From the NCBI RefSeq assembly GCF_036321535.1, contig NC_087454.1:20832001-20896000 (forward strand): a stretch of DNA of 64,000 nucleotides, read 5' to 3'. The number at the start of each line of letters is the position of its first letter. Positions within the stretch are counted from its first letter, which is position 1. The position numbers and the translations under genes are program-made. The stretch comes from Camelus dromedarius (lineage: Eukaryota). Of the stretch, positions 48,601 through 60,525 are shown one piece after another. The notes under the pieces were generated by a model. That model was not told the origin of the DNA and made no database searches. It was given only the letters and a program-made list of their open reading frames with translations.

Positions 48601-51167
48601 TCAGAGATGAGAAAGGGCTTTTGTTTTCAACATAATTATAACAATGACGATGACAGTAATGGAAATAATACAATCTTCAATGTATTAATTTTATACTTTT
48701 TTATGTTTCAAGTTTTATTCATCAAGAATCCATTTTGTTGAAAATAATGAGTTTGGGATACACCTTACAAACAACTTTAAACTATCTTAACTGTTCATGA
48801 ATTTAATTCTGGACCCTGCTCTACTGGTGTATTTAATCAATAATGAATCAATGGGGGGAAATAGTGCTTATTAAAATAGATTTATAATAGGTTTTAGCAT
48901 CTTTTAAAGTTAGTCACTCCTTATTACGTGTCTCTTTTCAAAAATTGCCCTGGAAAATAGTTTTCCTCATGAAATTAAGTATCAGTGCATTATGTTCTAA
49001 AGGCAAACAAATAATGCTCTTGCTTTCATTCATTTATGTATTTATTATTCCTGGTAATTGGCTTATGACTGGCCTTTAATACTCAATATTTTTTTTAAAA
49101 AAACCCTCAAACCCTTGAATTGATATCACCCATTAAGAATGTATCATCTTTCATGGGGAAATAATTAAAAATACAAATAATCAAATAAGCTAATAGTACC
49201 AGAAACCTGGTTTCCTATTTTAAAATTATTCTCCCTTGCCTCATCTACAGTTTTTTTCTTTCTAAAAAGCAAATGATTTTGCTTCTTTTCTTCCCAGTTG
49301 CTTCAGGTGAGTCACGCACACGACAAAACGGTGACTCATGGTTTCACGGTTTGTCTGATTGTAAGGCCTCTGTAATCCCATGGCGCTCCTCACGGGAGGG
49401 GAGGGGGGCTAAGGGGAATACCTGGGGAAAGGTTGCTCCTCGTGAAAGAGCACAAGGGGAAACGGTTCCTTTTCCTGCCTTTGAAAGTGATTTGCGAGAA
49501 CAGGAAGCCTCAGGCTGCCGCAGGCATCCTAGTCCTGTCCCAGGAAAGCTGACATGTAGGGGAGGACAGAGGGCAGTGGGACACACTCCCAGCAGTGTTG
49601 GTGATGCCACCAACCTGGTGACCTGACCAGCTCTACCTGGGATCAATCTGCTATGAGAGATAAGTTAAATTACAATAAAGACAATTGATTGAATTTTCTG
49701 CTACTAGTAGCAGAGCTCATTGAATATTCATGCCATTCACTTTAATTCTACCTTATAATTCCACACCCCAGGTCTCAGATAAATTGAGACAATTCATGTC
49801 TTCATCCCAGAGAACAAATCAAGAATAAAGTTACAACCCTGGGATCAACAGAACTTCCCACAGATTGCAGGTGTTACTATTAATTTACCAAGTTCCCTGT
49901 TTCACACAAATAATACACCATATAATTAACTACACATAAAGTAAGCTTTGAATTTGCTTGAAAATAAAATAATAGTTGTCTCTGACAGTGAAGAAATTAT
50001 GTTCACCTGACTATTCCTTTGAAATAAACTTTTTAATATCTCATCTGCTCTTTAGATCTGATTTACATTTGAAACTGACTCTTCAGATGAATTTCAATAG
50101 CAGAAACCATCATCTTCTTAACCAATGTAATTACCTTTCTCTGAAACCTATCCAACTTGTTTATATTATTGAAGTCTATGAATTTTGAACTATATACTGA
50201 TCTATAACTATGTTTCTGCACTGTTTTATGAAAGGATCAAAACAGTTGATTTTCTTTTCTAGCTTATTTCCCATCATATACATTTTTTTTCAAGTTTGTT
50301 TCAATTGTTAGTTTGTTTTCAGTTTTTAGGTATTGCCTTTTTTAACTTTTGATTTAAATTTTCTATTATATACAATATTTTAATGTTTCTCAAGATAAAA
50401 TTATTAAATAAGATATATTCAGAAAGCCCAGCTTTCATCTTTGTCTCCCTCAACCTTCATTTTGCCCCATAGGCAATGATTTTTTTTAAAAGTTTCTTCT
50501 ATTGTTTTTACTTACAAATTGTAATAAAACAATATTTCCCAGCATTGTCTCTGATTTCTGCTGAGCAAAGATCCCCGTAGGATTCTCCTGTGACAGACAG
50601 AAAGTTTGTCACTCAATCTGGAAGCCCTCAGAAATGCATCTTTTCCATCAATGTTGTGCTTGGTCCTGATGGCCTGAGACTTTTTATGGAGAAGGGTATA
50701 TTCCAAGCCAAACAGTCGGCACAGAACTGATTTTTATCTGATAGAAAAAAGACTGAAGTGTTGAAGCCCACCCATAATCCAAAGGGGAGTTCAAGAATTA
50801 CCCAAGTTTAGAGACTTTCTTTTTAAAATAGCAGGGGAAAACATACAAAAGAACATGATTATAAAAATTTTGAAGGCATAACACCCTTATAAGGTACCTG
50901 CATTTCTTGTATTTGTTGTCCCTTTCTGTGTCCCATGGTATGAAGGAACGTTTATATTTGTCTTTGAGAATGCAAAGAGGCAAGAGACCACCCCGATATG
51001 GGTGAATGAAGGACTTTCTCGTAGCTCAGCTAAATATTCCTAATCACAAAATACAGAAAATTCAAGATAAAACAGAGAATGAAGGAAGGAAAACTACTAT
51101 GATCCACAAGTGACCAAAATTCAGAAATAAAAATAAAAACCATTATTGTATCTTAATGAAATCCTCT

Positions 51168-51690
51168 TGTTGGGGTTCAGGGAAGGTTACCCCCAAATAT
51201 GCCACTATGGCATATTGATAATTTTGAATTAAATTTACTTAAAAAAACAGCCAGTGCAAGAGAGACACTCTGGCTGTCCTTTCTTTCTTCCTGAAAGCAG
51301 GAAATAATCTCTGTTGTGAAAGATACATCTGCTACATCCAGAGGTAGGACACACATCACCAAAGACAGGAATTCAGACCAAGAAGGCTTGCTACATCTTT
51401 AATTTACTACCCAAGCCCGAACTCTGTTTAGATTCTTCACTATTTGAGCCCCCAAAACCTACGTTTCTTTGTTCTGTCAATTATCACAAATTTATTGTTT
51501 CTTTGTCTGAAAAGCACAAAAGCTGCCTGCTTTGGCCACTTCTTAGGTCCTATTTCTATGAGACTGCCATGCATGTGAATTAAAATCCATTTCATTTTCT
51601 CTTGTTAATCTGTTTTGTGTCAACTTGATCATTAGTACAGCCACAGGAACTCAAGAGAGCGGGATGGCGGGGGGATTTCTCATGCCCCCC
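51168..51690 (+). mobile_element. Solo ERV LTR (MER34/MER39-like), antisense to DRB and just past its 3'UTR
   Basis: Starts TGTTGGGGTTCAG...CCCCAAATATGCCACTATGGCATATTGATAATTTTG, resembling the recalled MER34-group 5' end, with an internal GAAAAGCACAAAAGCTGCCTGCTTTGGCC block. The 3' boundary is approximate. Confidence 0.65.
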
Positions 51691-52073
51691 CTTCCCCGCC
51701 CCACTCCCTTTCCCTTGAAGCTGTATCAGACAGGTGGTTCCACTCCATGCGTATTTGAGAAAAACTTTGTGAAGAAATGTGGGTAAAAGCTATGTTCAAG
51801 TGCAAGGAAGGCCATAAGGGTTGAATGAAAAAAGGACCAGGAAAGAATGAAGATAAGACACTGTCTTCAGTATTCGGGGTTTCCGGGTCAAGGGCAGGGC
51901 TGAGGAAGCCAGCAGGGAGGGCATTTTCTGCAGGGTCACTGAACCAGGGGCAAAGCAGACCCTGAGAAGTACTCTCACTGCGGAAGAATCAGAGCTAAGC
52001 AGGAAACTGTTTCATGCTGCAAAGAAGCTGGGACAGAAGGTTCTTCCTTGAGCGTTACCACTTTCCCTTCAGC

Positions 52074-55000
52074 TCAGGAGTCCTGCCAAGAGAGAGAGGA
52101 CAGTGTTGTTTCCAGATCTAAATTTACAAGCAACTTGTTTACCCCTGTCTCTCAGGGCCTCATGTTAAAGCACGGTGGTAAGAAGGGGAAAAGTCCTTAA
52201 GTCTCCCTGATCAAAGCTACTTTAGAGTGCCTGCCTTCGGTTTAGTGGAAGGAAGACACTTTAGTGTAAACTGCTGGATCCGAAGTCAGATCCAAAGTCT
52301 TTCCCATTATTTCTGTCTCTTTCCTGTTGCCTCTACAATCTGTTCCAGGGAGACTAAATATGTCTCTAGAAGAGTGTTAATTTAGAGCATTACCTGTTGG
52401 CTGAAGTCCAGATGTTCTGAAAAAGAGGAGAAGATGTATACTTAAGAGATATGGAGGTAAATCTGTTCCCAAACTCAATGTTCCCACTCCCCCGCCACCC
52501 AGGCCATCACTCTTCTAAGACCTCTAAGACCACAGCCCACATCACAGGATGCCAGGGTAGACAGGAGAGCGGACACTGAGGGCATGGAGCCCTGAAGAGT
52601 CTGTCACACAAACCCAGTGAAATGTCATCAGCCTCGGGTCTCTTCCTGCACTTGTCCCAGGATCTGCACCCAGATCTCCGTGTATGTTCTACTTCTTTTT
52701 TTCTCTACAAACTATCAACTCTTATGTTCCAAACATCAGTAACTACGAACTGTTGATTTCTGGATTTCCTGGAAATTGAGGTCAATCGGGGAAATAAAGG
52801 CTTTATATGGACCACTGATATAAAGAGAACTAACTGAGCAAAACCATCGTTCTTCTTCTAAAAATGTCAGTGGGGAGTCTCAGCTGCCAACAGGCCCCTT
52901 ACCTTTTTGGTTCCTGAAGTAGACGAACAGCCCCACCCCGAGGAAGAGCAGACCCAGAACGAAGCCCCCGATTCCACTCAGCATCTTGCTCTGAGCAGAT
53001 TCAGACTGTGCCCCTGAGGAAAGAAGCTAGTTTTAGTGATTTTTACCCCAAATCCAAACCTCCTTAATTGAGACTGAGAACGAGAGCTTTGAGAATGGGG
53101 GAAGAGGGCTGCCCTGGAAGAACTAGAATAGCTGGCCTCTCCTAGAAAAAAATCGGAATCACAGTGAGTAGCTACAAGGTTCAGGCATCAAACTCATAAA
53201 TACCACAGCCCTGACATGAGGCCACACGACTGCAACATCTGATGAATGAGGAGCCTGGGACTGAATGATGCTAAGAAGCTTGTCTAGGGCGACAGAGCTA
53301 ATTAAAGGCAGAGCTGAGAGAGGACTCCCCTTTGGTCAGGAACGGCCCTACATTGGAGAGGATGTGCCCCTTCTCAGATCACAATGAACTCAGAGCAACA
53401 GTGTCAGAAGCACAAGCCCAGTACAAAACAGGGGACTGGTACCCAAAGCCAAGGGGTGACCATGACCTGTGACATCACAGGAAGCTCAAAACAGACACAT
53501 CTCTTCCCTGCATGTCAGGCAGAATTGCGTCCCCAGGGGGCATAGGTATTTGTAGGACCTATCAGGGGACATCTGTAAACTATCAGAGGATTTCTATCAC
53601 AGGCTATCACAGGGCTCCCCCAGGAACCGTGCTGAAGGAGAGGAGAACATGGAGCAAATGAGCACATGGTGCTGGGAGAGGAGGAACCTGATACTCAGGA
53701 GGAGGCAAGTCCCTCCTCAGGGGGAGATGAATGCATGAGGTCACAAAGCTTCTCACTCCATTCCACTGTGACAGGGCCCGTCCAGCTGGGGTGCTCCACT
53801 CGGCAGGTGTAGACCTCCCCACTCTGAGGAACCACTTCAAGCATCATCATGGTCTGGAAGGTCCAGTCTCCATTAGGGATCAGACCTGTGGAGACCACCC
53901 CAGCCTCCTCTTCCTGGCCATTCCGGAACCACCTGACTTCAATGTGGCCTGGATAGAAGCCCGTCACAGAGCAGACCAGGAGGTTGTGGTGCTGCAGGGG
54001 CTGGGGCTTCACAGGATACACGGTCACCGTGGGCTCCACTAGGAGAGAAGTGGTAGACGGAATAGTGAGGAAGACCCAGTGAGTCTCCTAGCTTTTCCAC
54101 ATCTAGTCTCCAGACCAGACTGCAGTCCCAGGAAGCCAGGCTGACCAGGTGGACCAACTTAGGAGTTAGTGCCATGAGCCTCGACTTCAACCCTTACAGC
54201 CTGGGCCCGTTAGAGAGATGCTGAGAATATTTCTGTGTGTGCTTCTATACTGTGATACAGCTCTTCATTGCTGATTTGAATTGTTTACAAATCTTTGCAA
54301 GGCAGATAGTGTGTTAGTTAAAGCATGATATCTGAAGCCAGGCTACCTGGGTTCAGATCCAGGCTCCCCCGTCTTAGTGACTGATCCTGGGAGAATGTTT
54401 ACATTCCTCTGTGCCTCAGCTTTCTCACCTATAAAGGGGGATAATGATATTTACTTACCTTTTAGTGTCATGTGAGGATTAATGCACCAAAAGTATGTAA
54501 ATTACAGCCATACCTGGAATCTAGCCTTCAATATGTGTTATCTACAGATTATCCTTGTTTAAGTGGGGAGAAAATAGGGTTCACTGCAGTGTGGATAAAC
54601 TGGGGAGTAGAGGCGGGGTATTCCTAGGAAAGCTGTCTCCATGCACTCACACCTTACAGCACCTCAAAAATGGTTCTACCCTGGGAAGAAGGAAAGACAC
54701 AGATGATTTTCTAACTCTATGAGTTGAATCTCGAGAAAAGCTCAAGTCCCAAAGGGGAAGGAAAGCAGGAAGGAAAGTCATTCATTTTTAAAGATTCTTA
54801 TAAGTAAACTCTGCTGATCAATCCCTTTCCTCTGCAAAACAAGCACACCTACTATTGGTATTGTTACAACTTTACATTTGTCTCTCTTTTTAAGCTGGCG
54901 TTTGAATTCAGGGCAGGATCCAGGACTCACGATGTGTGCTTAGTGCCTGAGACAACCCCAGACACTACCAGCCTCAACAAATACTTTTTTTAAAGAAGCA

Positions 55001-58000
55001 ATCTGGTGGAAAACATTTTTACAAGATAGATTTAAGATAAAGTAAATTATTTCTAACAATTTTGCAGTATATTTCGTTAAATAAGAATGTTTAAATTTCT
55101 AAAATGCAAAATAAAGAACTGAATGAAAATAGGAATCACAACCTGGAGAAAATGTTCTCTCAGACCCCAGACCCATTCCCCCAACCACATCCTCTCTCCC
55201 TTCTCACAGTCACTGCTGAAGTCACGCACTGTCTCCCCAACAACACCTTTTTCAGTTCCTTCCTAAATTATACTGGCTCACAGTGCATCCCACCCACCCG
55301 GACTCAGTATCTGTCTCTGTCTCTCTCCCTCTCTCTCCGACACACAGACACACCCCCACACACACACACCACCTCTCCCCGGCCACCCGCCCACCCGCTC
55401 ACCTCGCCGCTGCACCATGAAGCTGCCTATTCCCCAGTAGTTTGATCTGCACAGCGTGTCCACCTTGGCCCGCATCTGCTCCATGAAGTCCTTCTGCTGG
55501 TTCCAGTACTTGGCGTCCGGCTGCCCCAGCTCGGTCACCGCCCTGAACTCCCCCACGTCGCTGTCGAAGTACACATCCTCCTCCGTATTATAGATGTATC
55601 TGGCCAAGAACTGCACCCGCTCCAAGCCGTTGAAGAAACGACACTCTCCCTTAAACTGATGCATGAAAGTTGCTGTGAGGACATAAAAGATCTGGTCACT
55701 GGGTGGGCTTGTAGGAGAAGACTGACAGTGCTGCCCACCGGTGCAGAGTGCTCACGCACTGCTGGGGGCACTAGGACCCCCACTGCTCCGCTGGCGCCCT
55801 AAGCACCAGCACAAGCACCCCAGGGGTCCATCTTTCACCTGCCAGTGGTGGAGGAAGGCCGTCCTGGGGGGAGGAGACTCCTCTGATCCTAAGCCATTTG
55901 GGATGCAGTCACTCTGCACAGAGCTGGACCAGGATTTGCCCCATCACCACCTCCTCCTGAATGCCTCCACCAGAAAGACGCTGCTGCCTCCTCTCAGCCC
56001 AAACATTTTAGCTATCCCAGAAACACTTACTTGCCTAGGGCTGGCCTGGTGCCAGGTCTGTGCAGCCCCCTGGGAATCCAAAGAAGGAAAAACAGACATC
56101 TCCCCTATCTTCAAGGAGCATAAAATGTAGAGAAAGTGATGGGCAAAGCCCAACATATCATACGGGAGTCAGAAATGTCAGAAGAAAAGTGTGGAGTTCT
56201 AGAATGGAGAGTAGTTACATCAGGATGTCAGAGAAGTAGCCTCTGAAGAGTGACATTTAAGATGTGACACTGAAGGTTAAGTTGATGTGAGCTAGAGGAA
56301 GAGGCCATGTGTGTATGTTTGGGAGAAAAGGGAGGCATATTTCAGGTAAAGGTAAAGGCGTGTGTAGAAGTTTGAAAGAGATGATGAACTTCTGCAATAA
56401 ACCAGAAGGAAACAGTTCACTGAAGCACAGAGAGTGAGGAAGGAGGGTGAAAGATTCCACTGGAGAAATCACAAGAGTTGGGTACTCAAAATCTTGTAGG
56501 CGATCTAGGATTTGAATTTGTGCTAAACATAAATAGGAAACTATTGAAGAGTTTTACGGAGATTAAAACCATGATCCCAATACATGTCCACCATTCCTTC
56601 CCTGCATTTCCATATCCAGATAGCCCATAAAACCTTTTTTTTTTTTTTAATTTGGTACCAAACTCACTTGGCAAATCTCACCTGTTGAGGTAAGAGGTCA
56701 AATATGTCTCTTGGGGTGAGGGGGTCTGTTCTGTACGCTGTAGGCTGTCTACTAGCATCCCTGGCCTCTAGTCACTAGATGTCAGAAGAAATCTCAGAGT
56801 AACAACCAAAACTGGCTCCCAGTATTGCCAAATATTAGGGGGTCGAGGAATAGGGGGAAGGACTGGTCTGTCACTGGGTGAGTGCCACTGGTATAAACCA
56901 TCTAAAAATTTAATTCCTGAAAATCTTATTCCTGCATGAAATTTATATTTTTTTAAGAATCCAGCCCCAGTGGAGAGCTATTTTTCCAACAAAATAAATT
57001 TGTTCACAACTAAGGCTTATTTCTTTGCCTCGCCAACCAATTAAAAGACATATAATTTATCCTTCACATCATCTTTCTTCTTAATTTCTCTGCCTCTGGT
57101 CCACTACTCATCTATAACAGTAAACTACAGCCACAGACATTTTATTCCTATTCAAAGCTCCAACCGACTCATCTTCTAACTTTGTCTCCTACACCCAGTA
57201 ATACCAGTAGGCATCAAATTACCAGCCTTGTCCACATGTAGAATTCTCATTTCTGTAAAGTCCCCTCAGAAAAGGAGAAAAGAAGAAAAAAATGATATAT
57301 AGACAGTTTACAAAAAAAGAACAGGTCCACAGACTTTGAGTAGAGACCTTCCTTAGAAAGAGGGCAGAGAGGAGGGCTCTCTGGATCAGACCAGGTCTAC
57401 TGACTATTTAGGAATTCTCTAATATCTTCTTGTCACATGACAAAGTTTAAAAATAATGAGTCACACACCAATCTACCCCAAATCTGTTCACTTTCTCTGT
57501 CCCACAGTCTGTGTCACTACCCCACTCAATGAAGCCACAAGCACTTCTGCCCCCGAGAATTCCACCATGTTCCTAAGTGGTGTCCCTGACTCTACTTGTG
57601 AACCTTTGGAATCCAGTCTGCAAGCGGTAGCTAGGATTATTTAAAAAAATAAATAAACAAACTGACTCTCCTTATAACCTCTCAGTAGCTTCACATATCT
57701 CTATTAATAACAGTCAAAGTTCTCACCAAGGCCATCAGCGCCCAGCATGACTGGCTCCTGACTTCCTCTCTGACCTCATCTTACATGGCTCCCCAACCTG
57801 CTTGCTCTGCCCTGGTCACTCTAGCCTCCTTTCTGTCCCTTAAACACAGCAAACACCTCCCCACACTTCAGCCTTTCCGCACGCCCTCTCCCTGGAACAC
57901 TTGTCCCTTACATCCTTCACATGTCTGGCTTCTTCTCATTGTCTCAGTTGAATGTCACCTCTTCAGGCAGAGCTCTGCAGACACATGAACTGAAGTCAGG

Positions 58001-60318
58001 TGCATACAGGTCTCTCTGTTCCATACCCCTGAAGTACCCTTTTTTCAGGGCGCTTATTTCTATCTGAAATGTTTTTCCTTGTGCTCGCTTCAGCAGCACA
58101 TATGCTAAAATTGAGATGTGTTTCCTTGTTAAATGTGTGCTGGATTGTTGCCTTCCACCCCTGTCATTAGGTTAGTTCCATGACAGTAGGGGACTTTTCT
58201 GTGTTATTCATACAGAATTCTCTGACCCTAGAAAAGAGCCCAATATGTAATAGTTGCTCAGAAAAACATTTGTGATCAAAATGAATAAACCCAGGGTTCT
58301 GGGGACTGATCTTGGTGGGGATCCTGGAAAGCAAGAAGGGGCTCCAGCTCCAACACACTTTTATTCTGATGACACATATCCTTCCCATTTCCTGGGAGAG
58401 ATTCAGACAAACTTCCTTTTGCTCCTCCTACAAGGTGGAAGAAACATTCACAGGAAAGAAAAAGATCATTTCTTGTAACAACATTATCATATAATGGAAA
58501 AGAATCTGAAAAGAAAATATATGTATGTATGTACATGTATAACTGAATCACTCTGCTGTACACCTGAAACTAACGTTGTAAATCAACTACAGGTCAATAA
58601 AAACATTTTTTAAGAAAACTAAAGCCTTTATTAAAAAGCATACAGGATTCCATCACTTATACGTGATGCATCTTCTTCATCCATTCTTCTATTGACGTGC
58701 ACTTAGGATGCTTCCCTATCCTGGCAATTATAAATAATGCTGCTGTTAATAGCAGGGTGTATGTATGTTTTAAAATTAATTCTCATTTTCTGGCTGGCTT
58801 TATTCCTTTGATAACTATGTAAGTTTAAAAAGCTAAAGCTCTAAAGTTCTTAGAAACAATGAACAGTACATATATGTAAGTTTTAAAAATATGTGGAGTA
58901 TATTGTGTATATGTATATACATGCAATATATTGTATCTGTGCAGTATAATTGTAACAATTCTACTTAATAAAACTGAAAAATGAAAAAAATAAAAAATAA
59001 AAATAAATTTTAAAAGACATAGAAATTTTCATTAAGTTTTATCTCATCCAGTTGATCTGCTATAGGGCTGACAGTCTGTGTGAATTTTGGGGATTTTCAG
59101 TAATGGTGATGACGTAGCTGAGAAAAGAATAGGGAAGGACCAGATGCAGAGGACACCAAATATAGCTAATGAAGGAAATGAAAGGGCATTATTAATGAAC
59201 CTATGAAATATGGGCCCAAGACCTTGACAGGCCAATGAGCTCCCTTGACCTGCTTATTGGCTTTCAGCCTTGTGGGATGGAAACAGCCACACTCTCTGTA
59301 CCCTGCTCTGGTGTTATGGTTTGCCATATGAAAATGGTGATATTTGACTACTTTTGACATACAAAAACAGAATTTCCTATAATTTATCCTCCACTAGTTG
59401 CATCCCTTCTCATGAGCTCAGGTGAGAGAATGGAGAAATGTGGGTGGAGAAACTAACCACGTAGAAGGATTCAGAATAGCTTTATAATTAACAGTAACCT
59501 GTGCCAGGTTTTCTGAAGATTCCTAAAGCTCTTTAAGGCATCAGAGAACACTCCGTAGATGCTCCTGATCCACAGGGTCATTCCACGTACAAAGGATCCC
59601 TGGTTTAGCTCCAGGGTGTCTTCCCCAGGAGAAACAAAGAGAAAACTAACCCCAATTTCTATCAGAGAACCTCCAGGGTAGGGATACAGGCCTTTTAAAC
59701 ATTGTGGTTCAGGGAAATAGAAAAAAATAAAATGGGAAGGCACTTTGATACATTCTCACGTATTAGGGAGAGACAGCGACATCACAGATCCTGTTAAGGT
59801 TATAACACATGATCTTATGTGAGAGATCTTTCTAATTCCTTGAGATTCCCCATAAAATTTTCAGAGGAACTTTTCCTTTTTCTGACACAACATAATACGG
59901 GGAATAGTCTGATATGGAATTATTCTGACATCCTTACTTCTAAATCCTCTTAGGATCCCTAGGGAAGGGGATGTAAGTCTGGAGAGGTTTTACTGGAGGA
60001 GAGTTGAGAAGAAATATCCCACAGAAATGGAGGCACCTTAAGCAGCACTCAGAAGGCAAGCATCCAGGGCCCTTGTGTTGTGGAAGGAATGGAGAATCCA
60101 CATGATCACGATAGGAGATGACTGAAGAAAATGTCACAATTCTTTAAGGGATGTGGTCTGGACAGAGAGACAGAGGTAACTCCCTTCCTTCCCCCGCCCC
60201 ACGAGAGCTCTCCCCCAAGGTGTGCACTTACGTCGGGTCTCCCTGGCCCAAGCCAAGGGATGGCTCACCACCATCAGCATCACTGTCAGTGCTGCCATCG
60301 AGGGAACCACAGACACAT
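52074..60318 (-). CDS. DRB: MHC class II DR beta chain, divergent DRB2-like lineage; possibly low-expressed or a young pseudogene
   Basis: Exon 1 is 60318/60298-60232 (first ATG out of frame; second ATG gives [22 protein letters not shown]). Exon 2 is 55672-55403 ([29 protein letters not shown]...CRSNY), exon 3 54038-53757, exon 4 53013-52903 (TM, ...YFRNQK), exon 5 52416-52394 (23 bp instead of 24) and exon 6 starts at 52082. Exons 2-4 are open with canonical splice sites. Confidence 0.85.
54300..54520 (-). mobile_element. MIR SINE remnant in DRB intron 2
   Basis: CTGGGTTCAGATCC...CTCTGTGCCTCAGCTTTCTCACCTATAAAGGGGGATAAT. Confidence 0.7.
55309..55372 (-). repeat. Degenerate (GT)n(GA)m compound microsatellite in DRB intron 2
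   Basis: GTGTGTGTGTGGGGGTGTGTCTGTGTGTCGGAGAGAGGGAGAGAGACAGAGACAGA lies immediately 3' of exon 2, where this repeat is conserved in primate and artiodactyl DRB genes. Confidence 0.85.
56670..56890. mobile_element. MER20-like hAT transposon remnant in DRB intron 1
   Basis: GGGGTCTGTTCTGTACGCTGTAGG...AGCATCCCTGGCCTCTAGTCACTAGATG...ACAACCAAAA...ATTGCCAAAT is typical of MER20. Confidence 0.65.
57650..58260. mobile_element. L2 LINE remnant in DRB intron 1
   Basis: Pyrimidine-rich L2 3' motifs (CTGGCTCCTGACTTCCTCTCTGACCTCATC, CACCTCCCCACACTTCAGCCTTT, TAGTTGCTCAGAAAAACATTTGTG). Confidence 0.6.
58081..58112 (+). pseudogene. 3'-truncated U6 snRNA retropseudogene fragment
   Basis: GTGCTCGCTTCAGCAGCACATATGCTAAAATT matches the U6 5' end with 2 mismatches. 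It is flanked by an imperfect direct repeat, GAAATGTTTTTCCTT (58066-58080) and GAGATGTGTTTCCTT (58113-58127). Confidence 0.85.
58490..58790. mobile_element. L1 fragments (plus-strand 3' end and an antisense piece) in DRB intron 1
   Basis: ATAATGGAAAAGAATCTGAAAA...TAACTGAATCACTCTGCTGTACACCTGAAACTAAC...CAATAAAAA, followed by an antisense ATCCATTCTTCTATTG...AATAATGCTGCT. Confidence 0.7.
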
Positions 60319-60462
60319 CAGGCAGGGGACAGAAGACAGAGTGTGAGGGGAGCAGGTAAGTGTCTCACAGTGAGGACTGGGACCCTCCTCAGCTCACATG
60401 CCAAGCAATGCTGACCAATGAACTCTTTGTTCCTGGACTGGGTGACCTAAGTGTTGGAAAAA

Positions 60463-60525
60463 CCAATCAGCTTCAGAGTTGAGTAGCATCATCATTTGCT
60501 GGTCAGAGATTCAGCATGAAGATCC
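60463..60525 (-). promoter_or_regulatory. DRB proximal promoter S-X-Y module, partly degenerate
   Basis: Minus strand: GGATCTT (S, 60525-60519), ACCAGCAAATGATG (X1, 60503-60490), ATGCTAC (X2) and CTGATTGG (Y, 60470-60463). It is collinear with the HLA-DRB promoter as recalled. Confidence 0.88.
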
